From positions 4,464,001 to 4,528,000 of the forward strand of contig OZ059896.1 of the NCBI GenBank assembly GCA_964057225.1: DNA of 64,000 bases. Reading direction: 5' to 3'. Positions 26,986-39,700 of the stretch are shown here, in pieces. Source of the stretch: Auanema rhodensis. Taxonomy: Eukaryota; Animalia; Nematoda. Within the stretch, counting starts at the first letter, position 1, and each line of letters opens with the position of its first letter. The notes below the pieces were generated by a model. It did no database searches and was not told the DNA's origin. It saw only the letters and a program-made list of their open reading frames with translations. The position numbers and the translations under genes were made by a program.

Positions 26986-29900
26986 CGTGAAGCGAGTTAC
27001 ATACCTAGTGCACATCACGTGTACATTTAATTAGCATAAATTAAAGTTCACGTAAATTTCAAAGTCATGGTTACCATGAACCAATATCAATAAAAATTTG
27101 TTTTTAGACTAATATGGACATGGGGAATCTAATTTTGAAAACCGCATCTCTTTATCTTTCACGTGAAGCGAGTTACATATAAAGTGCACATCACGTGTAC
27201 ATTTAATTAGCATAAATTAAAGTTCACGTAAATTTCAAAGTCATGGTTACCATGCACCAATATTAATAAAAATTTGTTTTTAGACTAATATGGACATGGG
27301 GAATCTAATTTTGAAAACCGCATCTCTTTATCTTTCACGTGAAGCGAGTTACATACCTAGTGCACATCACGTGTACATTTAATTAGCATAAATTAAAGTT
27401 CACGTAAATTTCAAAGTCATGGTTACCATGCACCAATATCAATAAAAATTTGTTTTTAGACTAATATGGACATGGGGAATCTAATTTTGGAAACCGCATC
27501 TCTTTATCTTTCACGTGAAGCGAGTTACATACCAAGTGCACATCACGTGTACATTTAATTAGCATAAATTAAAGTTCACGTAAATTTCAAAGTCATGGTT
27601 ACCATGAACCAATATCAATAAAAATTTGTTTTTAGACTAATATGGACATGGGGAATCTAATTTTGAAAACCGCATCTCTTTATCTTTCACGTGAAGCGAG
27701 TTACATACCTAGTGCACATCACGTGTACATTTAATTAGCATAAATTAAAGTTCACGTAAATTTCAAAGTCATGGTTACCATGCACCAATATCAATAAAAA
27801 TTTGTTTTTAAACTAATATGGACATGGGGAATCTAATTTTGAAAACCGCATCTCTTTATCTTTCACGTGAAGCGAGTTACATACCTAGTGCACATCACGT
27901 GTACATTTAATTAGCATAAATTAAAGTTCACGTAAATTTCAAAGTCATGGTTACCATGAACCAATATCAATAAAAATTTGTTTTTAAACTAATATGGACA
28001 TGGGGAATCTAATTTTGAAAACCGCATCTCTTTATCTTTCACGTGAAGCGAGTTACATACCTAGTGCACATCACGTGTACATTTAATTAGCATAAATTAA
28101 AGTTCACGTAAATTTCAAAGTCATGGTTACCATGAACCAATATCAATAAAAATTTGTTTTTAAACTAATATGGACATGGGGAATCTAATTTTGAAAACCG
28201 CATCTCTTTATCTTTCACGTGAAGCGAGTTACATACCTAGTGCACATCACGTGTACATTTAATTAGCATAAATTAAAGTTCACGTAAATTTCAAAGACAT
28301 GGTTACCATGAACCAATATCAATAAAAATTTGTTTTAAACTAATATGGACATGGGGAATCTAATTTTGAAAACCGCATCTCTTTATCTTTCACGTGAAGC
28401 GAGTTACATATAAAGTGCACATCACGTGTACATTTAATTAGCATAAATTAAAGTTCACGTAAATTTGAAAGTCATGGTTACCATGCACCAATATCAATAA
28501 AAATTTGTTTTTAAACTAATATGGACATGGGGAATCTAATTTTGAAAACCGTATCTCTTTATCTTTCACGTGAAGCGAGTTACATACCTAGTGCACATCA
28601 CGTGTACATTTAATTAGCATAAATTAAAGTTCACGTAAATTTCAAAGTCATGGTTACCATGAACCAATATCAATAAAAATTTGTTTTTAAACTAATATGG
28701 ACATGAGGAATCTAATTTTGAAAACCGCATCTCTTTATCTTTCACGTGAAGCGAGTTACATATAAAGTGCACATCACGTGTACATTTAATTAGCATAAAT
28801 TAAAGTTCACGTAAATTTCAAAGTCATGGTTACCATGCACCAATATTAATAAAAATTTGTTTTTAGATTAATATGGACATGGGGAATCTAATTTTGGAAA
28901 CCGCATCTCTTTATTTTTTACGTGAAGCGAGTTACATACCAAGTGCACATCACGTGTACATTTAATTAGCATAAATTAAAGTTCACGTAAATTTCAAAGT
29001 CATGGTTACCATGCACCAATATCAATAAAAATTTGTTTTTAGACTAATATGGACATGGGGAATCTAATTTTGAAAATCGCATCTCTTTATCTTTCACGTG
29101 AAGCGAGTTACATACCAAGTGCACATCACGTGTACATTTAATTAGCATAAATTAAAGTTCACGTAAATTTCAAAGTCATGGTTACCATGAACCAATATCA
29201 ATAAAAATTTGTTTTTAGACTAATATGGACATGGGGAATCTAATTTTGAAAACCGCATCTCTTTATCTTTCACGTGAAGCGAGTTACATATAAAGTGCAC
29301 ATCACGTGTACATTTAATTAGCATAAATTAAAGTTCACGTAAATTTCAAAGTCATGGTTACCATGCACCAATATTAATAAAAATTTGTTTTTAGATTAAT
29401 ATGGACATGGGGAATCTAATTTTGAAAACCGCATCTCTTTATCTTTCACGTGAAGCGAGTTACATACCAAGTGCACATCACGTGTACACTTAATTAGCAT
29501 AAATTAAAGTTCACGTAAATTTCAAAGTCATGGTTACCATGCACCAATATCAATAAAAATTTGTTTTTAGACTAATTTGAACATGGGGAATCTAATTTTG
29601 AAAACCGCATCTCTTTATCTTTCACGTGAAGCGAGTTACATACCAAGTGCACATCACGTGTACATTTAATTAGCATAAATTAAAGTTCACGTAAATTTCA
29701 AAGTCATGGTTACCATGAACCAATATCAATAAAAATTTGTTTTTAGACTAATATGGACATGGGGAATCTAATTTTGGAAACCGCATCTCTTTATTTTTCA
29801 CGTGAAGCGAGTTACATACCAAGTGCACATCACGTGTACATTTAATTAGCATAAATTAAAGTTCACGTAAATTTCAAAGTCATGGTTACCATGCACCAAT

Positions 29901-30833
29901 ATCAATAAAAATTTGTTTTTAGACTAATATGGACATGGGGAATCTAATTTTGAAAATCGCATCTCTTTATCTTTCACGTGAAGCGAGTTACATACCAAGT
30001 GCACATCACGTGTACATTTAATTAGCATAAATTAATGTTCACGTAAATTTCAAAGTCATGGTTACCATGAACCAATATCAATAAAAATTTGTTTTTAGAC
30101 TAATATGGACATGGGGAATCTAATTTTGAAAACCGCATCTCTTTATCTTTCACGTGAAGCGAGTTACATATAAAGTGCACATCACGTGTACATTTAATTA
30201 GCATAAATTAAAGTTCACGTAAATTTCAAAGTCATGGTTACCATGCACCAATATTAATAAAAATTTGTTTTTAGATTAATATGGACATGGGGAATCTAAT
30301 TTTGAAAACCGCATCTCTTTATCTTTCACGTGAAGCGAGTTACATACCAAGTGCACATCACGTGTACACTTAATTAGCATAAATTAAAGTTCACGTAAAT
30401 TTCAAAGTCATGGTTACCATGCACCAATATCAATAAAAATTGGTTTTTAGACTAATATGGACATGGGGAATCTAATTTTGAAAACCGCATCTCTTTATCT
30501 TTCACGTGAAGCGAGTTACATACCAAGTGCACATCACGTGTACACTTAATTAGCATAAATTAAAGTTCACGTAAATTTCAAAGTCATGGTTACCATGCAC
30601 CAATATCAATAAAAATTTGTTTTTAGATTAATATGGACATGGGGAATCTAATTTTGAAAACCGCATCTCTTTATCTTTCACGTGAAGCGAGTTACATACC
30701 GAGTGCACATCACGTGTACATTTAATTAGCATAAATTAAAGTTCACGTAAATTTCAAAGTCATGGTTACCATGAACCAATATCAATAAAAATTTGTTTTT
30801 AGACTAATATGGACATGGGGAATCTAATTTTGG

Positions 30834-33800
30834 AAACCGCATCTCTTTATTTTTCACGTGAAGCGAGTTACATACCAAGTGCACATCACGTGTACATTTA
30901 ATTAGCATAAATTAAAGTTCACGTAAATTTCAAAGTCATGGTTACCATGCACCAATATCAATAAAAATTTGTTTTTAGACTAATATGGACATGGGGAATC
31001 TAATTTTGAAAATCGCATCTCTTTATCTTTCACGTGAAGCGAGTTACATACCAAGTGCACATCACGTGTACATTTAATTAGCATAAATTAAAGTTCACGT
31101 AAATTTCAAAGTCATGGTTACCATGCACCAATATCAATAAAAATTCGTTTTTAGACTAATTTGGACATGGGGAATCTAATTTTGAAAACCGCATCTCTTT
31201 ATCTTTCACGTGAAGCGAGTTACATACCGAGTGCACATCACGTGTACATTTAATTAGCATAAATTAAAGTTCACGTAAATTTCAAAGTCATGGTTACCAT
31301 GCACCAATATTAATAAAAATTTGTTTTTAGATTAATATGGACATGGGGAATCTAATTTTGAAAACCGCATCTCTTTATCTTTCACGTGAAGCGAGTTACA
31401 TACCAAGTGCACATCACGTGTACATTTAATTAGCATAAATTAAAGTTCACGTAAATTTCAAAGTCATGGTTACCATGCACCAATATCAATAAAAATTCGT
31501 TTTTAGACTAATTTGGACATGGGGAATCTAATTTTGAAAAAAGCATCTCTTTATCTTTCACGTGAAGCGAGTTACATACCGAGTGCACATCACGTGTACA
31601 TTTAATTAGCATAAATTAAAGTTCACGTAAATTTCAAAGTCATGGTTACCATGAACCAATATCAATAAAAATTTGTTTTTAGACTAATATGGACATGGGG
31701 AATCTAATTTTGGAAACCGCATCTCTTTATTTTTCACGTGAAGCGAGTTACATACCAAGTGCACATCACGTGTACATTTAATTAGCATAAATTAAAGTTC
31801 ACGTAAATTTCAAAGTCATGGTTACCATGCACCAATATCAATAAAAATTTGTTTTTAGACTAATATGGACATGGGGAATCTAATTTTGAAAATCGCATCT
31901 CTTTATCTTTCACGTGAAGCGAGTTACATACCAAGTGCACATCACGTGTACATTTAATTAGCATAAATTAAAGTTCACGTAAATTTCAAAGTCATGGTTA
32001 CCATGAACCAATATCAATAAAAATTTGTTTTTAGACTAATATGGACATGGGGAATCTAATTTTGAAAATCGCATCTCTTTATCTTTCACGTGAAGCGAGT
32101 TACATATAAAGTGCACATCACGTGTACATTTAATTAGCATAAATTAAAGTTCACGTAAATTTCAAAGTCATGGTTACCATGCACCAATATTAATAAAAAT
32201 TTGTTTTTAGATTAATATGGACATGGGGAATCTAATTTTGAAGACCGCATCTCTTTATCTTTCACGTGAAGCGAGTTACATACCAAGTGCACATCACGTG
32301 TACACTTAATTAGCATAAATTAAAGTTCACGTAAATTTCAAAGTCATGGTTACCATGCACCAATATCAATAAAAATTGGTTTTTAGACTAATATGGACAT
32401 GGGGAATCTAATTTTGAAAACCGCATCTCTTTATCTTTCACGTGAAGCGAGTTACATACAAAGTGCACATCACGTGTACATTTAATTAGCATAAATTAAA
32501 GTTCACGTAAATTTCAAAGTCATGGTTACCATGCACCAATATCAATAAAAATTCGTTTTTAGACTAATTTGGACATGGGGAATCTAATTTTGAAAACCGC
32601 ATCTCTTTATCTTTCACGTGAAGCGAGTTACATACCGAGTGCACATCACGTGTACATTTAATTAGCATAAATTAAAGTTCACGTAAATTTCAAAGTCATG
32701 GTTACCATGAACCAATATCAATAAAAATTTGTTTTTAGACTAATATGGACATGGGGAATCTAATTTTGGAAACCGCATCTCTTTATTTTTCACGTGAAGC
32801 GAGTTACATACCAAGTGCACATCACGTGTACATTTAATTAGCATAAATTAAAGTTCACGTAAATTTCAAAGTCATGGTTACCATGCACCAATATTAATAA
32901 AAATTTGTTTTTAGATTAATATGGACATGGGGAATCTAATTTTGAAAACCGCATCTCTTTATCTTTCACGTGAAGCGAGTTACATACCAAGTGCACATCA
33001 CGTGTACATTTAATTAGCATAAATTAAAGTTCACGTAAATTTCAAAGTCATGGTTACCATGCACCAATATCAATAAAAATTCGTTTTTAGACTAATTTGG
33101 ACATGGGGAATCTAATTTTGAAAACCGCATCTCTTTATCTTTCACGTGAAGCGAGTTACATACCGAGTGCACATCACGTGTACATTTAATTAGCATAAAT
33201 TAAAGTTCACGTAAATTTCAAAGTCATGGTTACCATGAACCAATATCAATAAAAATTTGTTTTTAGACTAATATGGACATGGGGAATCTAATTTTGAAAA
33301 CCGCATCTCTTTATCTTTCACGTGAAGCGAGTTACATACCGAGTGCACATCACGTGTACATTTAATTAGCATAAATTAAAGTTCACGTAAATTTCAAAGT
33401 CATGGTTACCATGAACCAATATCAATAAAAATTTGTTTTTAGACTAATATGGACATGGGGAATCTAATTTTGAAAACCGCATCTCTTTATTTTTCACGTG
33501 AAGCGAGTTACATACCAAGTGCACATCAAGTGTACATTTAATTAGCATAAATTAAAGTTCACGTAAATTTCAAAGTCATGGTTACCATGCACCAATATCA
33601 ATAAAAATTTGTTTTTAGACTAATATGGACATGGGGAATCTAATTTTGAAAATCGCATCTCTTTATCGTTCACGTGAAGCGAGTTACATACCAAGTGCAC
33701 ATCACTTGTACATTTAATTAGCATAAATTAAAGTTCACGTAAATTTCAAAGTCATGGTTACCATGCACCAATATCAATAAAAATTCGTTTTTAGACTAAT

Positions 33801-36747
33801 TTGGACATGGGGAATCTAATTTTGCAAACCGCATCTCTTTATTTTTCACGTGAAGCGAGTTACATACCAAGTGCACATCACGTGTACATTTAATTAGCAT
33901 AAATTAAAGTTCACGTAAATTTCAAAGTCATGGTTACCATGCACCAATATCAATAAAAATTTGTTTTTAGACTAATATGGACATGGGGAATCTAATTTTG
34001 AAAATCGCATCTCTTTATCTTTCACGTGAAGCGAGTTACATACCAAGTGCACATCACGTGTACATTTAATTAGCATAAATTAAAGTTCACGTAAATTTCA
34101 AAGTCATGGTTACCATGCACCAATATCAATAAAAATTCGTTTTTAGACTAATTTGGACATGGGGAATCTAATTTTGAAAACCGCATCTCTTTATCTTTCA
34201 CGTGAAGCGAGTTACATACCGAGTGCACATCACGTGTACATTTAATTAGCATAAATTAAAGTTCACGTAAATTTCAAAGTCATGGTTACCATGCACCAAT
34301 ATTAATAAAAATTTGTTTTTAGATTAATATGGACATGGGGAATCTAATTTTGAAAACCGCATCTCTTTATCTTTCACGTGAAGCGAGTTACATACCAAGT
34401 GCACATCACGTGTACATTTAATTAGCATAAATTAAAGTTCACGTAAATTTCAAAGTCATGGTTACCATGCACCAATATCAATAAAAATTCGTTTTTAGAC
34501 TAATTTGGACATGGGGAATCTAATTTTGAAAAAAGCATCTCTTTATCTTTCACGTGAAGCGAGTTACATACCGAGTGCACATCACGTGTACATTTAATTA
34601 GCATAAATTAAAGTTCACGTAAATTTCAAAGTCATGGTTACCATGAACCAATATCAATAAAAATTTGTTTTTAGACTAATATGGACATGGGGAATCTAAT
34701 TTTGGAAACCGCATCTCTTTATTTTTCACGTGAAGCGAGTTACATACCAAGTGCACATCACGTGTACATTTAATTAGCATAAATTAAAGTTCACGTAAAT
34801 TTCAAAGTCATGGTTACCATGCACCAATATCAATAAAAATTTGTTTTTAGACTAATATGGACATGGGGAATCTAATTTTGAAAATCGCATCTCTTTATCT
34901 TTCACGTGAAGCGAGTTACATACCAAGTGCACATCACGTGTACATTTAATTAGCATAAATTAAAGTTCACGTAAATTTCAAAGTCATGGTTACCATGAAC
35001 CAATATCAATAAAAATTTGTTTTTAGACTAATATGGACATGGGGAATCTAATTTTGAAAATCGCATCTCTTTATCTTTCACGTGAAGCGAGTTACATATA
35101 AAGTGCACATCACGTGTACATTTAATTAGCATAAATTAAAGTTCACGTAAATTTCAAAGTCATGGTTACCATGCACCAATATTAATAAAAATTTGTTTTT
35201 AGATTAATATGGACATGGGGAATCTAATTTTGAAGACCGCATCTCTTTATCTTTCACGTGAAGCGAGTTACATACCAAGTGCACATCACGTGTACACTTA
35301 ATTAGCATAAATTAAAGTTCACGTAAATTTCAAAGTCATGGTTACCATGCACCAATATCAATAAAAATTGGTTTTTAGACTAATATGGACATGGGGAATC
35401 TAATTTTGAAAACCGCATCTCTTTATCTTTCACGTGAAGCGAGTTACATACAAAGTGCACATCACGTGTACATTTAATTAGCATAAATTAAAGTTCACGT
35501 AAATTTCAAAGTCATGGTTACCATGCACCAATATCAATAAAAATTCGTTTTTAGACTAATTTGGACATGGGGAATCTAATTTTGAAAACCGCATCTCTTT
35601 ATCTTTCACGTGAAGCGAGTTACATACCGAGTGCACATCACGTGTACATTTAATTAGCATAAATTAAAGTTCACGTAAATTTCAAAGTCATGGTTACCAT
35701 GAACCAATATCAATAAAAATTTGTTTTTAGACTAATATGGACATGGGGAATCTAATTTTGGAAACCGCATCTCTTTATTTTTCACGTGAAGCGAGTTACA
35801 TACCAAGTGCACATCACGTGTACATTTAATTAGCATAAATTAAAGTTCACGTAAATTTCAAAGTCATGGTTACCATGCACCAATATTAATAAAAATTTGT
35901 TTTTAGATTAATATGGACATGGGGAATCTAATTTTGAAAACCGCATCTCTTTATCTTTCACGTGAAGCGAGTTACATACCAAGTGCACATCACGTGTACA
36001 TTTAATTAGCATAAATTAAAGTTCACGTAAATTTCAAAGTCATGGTTACCATGCACCAATATCAATAAAAATTCGTTTTTAGACTAATTTGGACATGGGG
36101 AATCTAATTTTGAAAACCGCATCTCTTTATCTTTCACGTGAAGCGAGTTACATACCGAGTGCACATCACGTGTACATTTAATTAGCATAAATTAAAGTTC
36201 ACGTAAATTTCAAAGTCATGGTTACCATGAACCAATATCAATAAAAATTTGTTTTTAGACTAATATGGACATGGGGAATCTAATTTTGAAAACCGCATCT
36301 CTTTATCTTTCACGTGAAGCGAGTTACATACCGAGTGCACATCACGTGTACATTTAATTAGCATAAATTAAAGTTCACGTAAATTTCAAAGTCATGGTTA
36401 CCATGAACCAATATCAATAAAAATTTGTTTTTAGACTAATATGGACATGGGGAATCTAATTTTGAAAACCGCATCTCTTTATTTTTCACGTGAAGCGAGT
36501 TACATACCAAGTGCACATCAAGTGTACATTTAATTAGCATAAATTAAAGTTCACGTAAATTTCAAAGTCATGGTTACCATGCACCAATATCAATAAAAAT
36601 TTGTTTTTAGACTAATATGGACATGGGGAATCTAATTTTGAAAATCGCATCTCTTTATCGTTCACGTGAAGCGAGTTACATACCAAGTGCACATCACTTG
36701 TACATTTAATTAGCATAAATTAAAGTTCACGTAAATTTCAAAGTCAT
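30834..36747 (+). repeat. 17-monomer (2992 bp) tandem duplication
   Basis: Rare variants pair at offset 2992: 31541/34533 (AAAAAAGC), 32243/35235 (AAGACC), 32460/35452, 33529/36521, 33668/36660. Confidence 0.93.
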
Positions 36748-39700
36748 GGTTACCATGAACCAATATCAATAAAAATTTGTTTTTAGACTAATTTGGACAT
36801 GGGGAATCTAATTTTGAAAACCGCATCTCTTTATCTTTCACGTGAAGCGAGTTACATACCAAGTGCACATCACGTGTACACTTAATTAGCATAAATTAAA
36901 GTTCACGTAAATTTCAAAGTCATGGTTACCATGCACCAATATCAATAAAAATTTGTTTTTAGACTAATTTGGACATGGGGAATCTAATTTTGAAAACCGC
37001 ATCTCTTTATCTTTCACGTGAAGCGAGTTACATACCAAGTGCACATCACGTGTACATTTAATTAGCATAAATTAAAGTTCACGTAAATTTCAAAGTCATG
37101 GTTACCATGAACCAATATCAATAAAAATTTGTTTTTAGACTAATATGGACATGGGGAATCTAATTTTGGAAACCGCATCTCTTTATTTTTCACGTGAAGC
37201 GAGTTACATACCAAGTGCACATCACGTGTACATTTAATTAGCATAAATTAAAGTTCACGTAAATTTCAAAGTCATGGTTACCATGCACCAATATCAATAA
37301 AAATTTGTTTTTAGACTAATATGGACATGGGGAATCTAATTTTGAAAATCGCATCTCTTTATCTTTCACGTGAAGCGAGTTACATACCAAGTGCACATCA
37401 CGTGTACATTTAATTAGCATAAATTAAAGTTCACGTAAATTTCAAAGTCATGGTTACCATGAACCAATATCAATAAAAATTTGTTTTTAGACTAATATGG
37501 ACATGGGGAATCTAATTTTGAAAACCGCATCTCTTTATCTTTCACGTGAAGCGAGTTACATATAAAGTGCACATCACGTGTACATTTAATTAGCATAAAT
37601 TAAAGTTCACGTAAATTTCAAAGTCATGGTTACCATGCACCAATATTAATAAAAATTTGTTTTTAGATTAATATGGACATGGGGAATTTAATTTTGAAAA
37701 CCGCATCTCTTTATCTTTCACGTGAAGCGAGTTACATACCAAGTGCACATCACGTGTACACTTAATTAGCATAAATTAAAGTTCACGTAAATTTCAAAGT
37801 CATGGTTACCATGCACCAATATCAATAAAAATTGGTTTTTAGACTAATATGGACATGGGGAATCTAATTTTGAAAACCGCATCTCTTTATCTTTCACGTG
37901 AAGCGAGTTACATACCAAGTGCACATCACGTGTACATTTAATTAGCATAAATTAAAGTTCACGTAAATTTCAAAGTCATGGTTACCATGCACCAATATCA
38001 ATAAAAATTCGTTTTTAGACTAATTTGGACATGGGGAATCTAATTTTGAAAACCGCATCTCTTTATCTCTCACGTGAAGCGAGTTACATACCAAGTGCAC
38101 ATCACGTGTACATTTAATTAGCATAAATTAAAGTTCACGTAAATTTCAAAGTCATGGTTACCATGAACCAATATCAATAAAAATTTGTTTTTAAACTAAT
38201 ATGGACATGGGGAATCTAATTTTGAAAACCGCATCTTTTTATCTTTCACGTGAAGCGAGTTACATACCTAGTGCACATCACGTGTACATTTAATTAGCAT
38301 AAATTAAAGTTCACGTAAATTTCAAAGTCATGGTTACCATGCACCAATATCAATAAAAATTTGTTTTTAAACTAATATGGACATGGGGAATCTAATTTTG
38401 AAAACCGCATCTCTTTATCTTTCACGTGAAGCGAGTTACATACCTAGTGCACATCACGTGTACATTTAATTAGCATAAATTAAAGTTCACGTAAATTTCA
38501 AAGTCATGGTTACCATGAACCAATATCAATAAAAATTTGTTTTTAAACTAATATGGACATGGGGAATCTAATTTTGAAAACCGCATCTCTTTATCTTTCA
38601 CGTGAAGCGAGTTACATACCTAGTGCACATCACGTGTACATTTAATTAGCATAAATTAAAGTTCACGTAAATTTCAAAGACATGGTTACCATGAACCAAT
38701 ATCAATAAAAATTTGTTTTAAACTAATATGGACATGGGGAATCTAATTTTGAAAACCGCATCTCTTTATCTTTCACGTGAAGCGAGTTACATACCAAGTG
38801 CACATCACGTGTACACTTAATTAGCATAAATTAAAGTTCACGTAAATTTCAAAGTCATGGTTACCATGCACCAATATCAATAAAAATTGGTTTTTAGACT
38901 AATATGGACATGGGGAATCTAATTTTGAAAACCGCATCTCTTTATCTTTCACGTGAAGCGAGTTACATACCAAGTGCACATCACGTGTACATTTAATTAG
39001 CATAAATTAAAGTTCACGTAAATTTCAAAGTCATGGTTACCATGCACCAATATCAATAAAAATTCGTTTTTAGACTAATTTGGACATGGGGAATCTAATT
39101 TTGAAAACCGCATCTCTTTATCTTTCACGTGAAGCGAGTTACATACCGAGTGCACATCACGTGTACATTTAATTAGCATAAATTAAAGTTCACGTAAATT
39201 TCAAAGTCATGGTTACCATGAACCAATATCAATAAAAATTTGTTTTTAGACTAATATGGACATGGGGAATCTAATTTTGGAAACCGCATCTCTTTATTTT
39301 TCACGTGAAGCGAGTTACATACCAAGTGCACATCACGTGTACATTTAATTAGCATAAATTAAAGTTCACGTAAATTTCAAAGTCATGGTTACCATGCACC
39401 AATATCAATAAAAATTGGTTTTTAGACTAATATGGACATGGGGAATCTAATTTTGAAAATCGCATCTCTTTATCGTTCACGTGAAGCGAGTTACATACCA
39501 AGTGCACATCACTTGTACATTTAATTAGCATAAATTAAAGTTCACGTAAATTTCAAAGTCATGGTTACCATGAACCAATATCAATAAAAATTTGTTTTTA
39601 GACTAATTTGGACATGGGGAATCTAATTTTGAAAACCGCATCTCTTTATCTTTCACGTGAAGCGAGTTACATACCAAGTGCACATCACGTGTACACTTAA

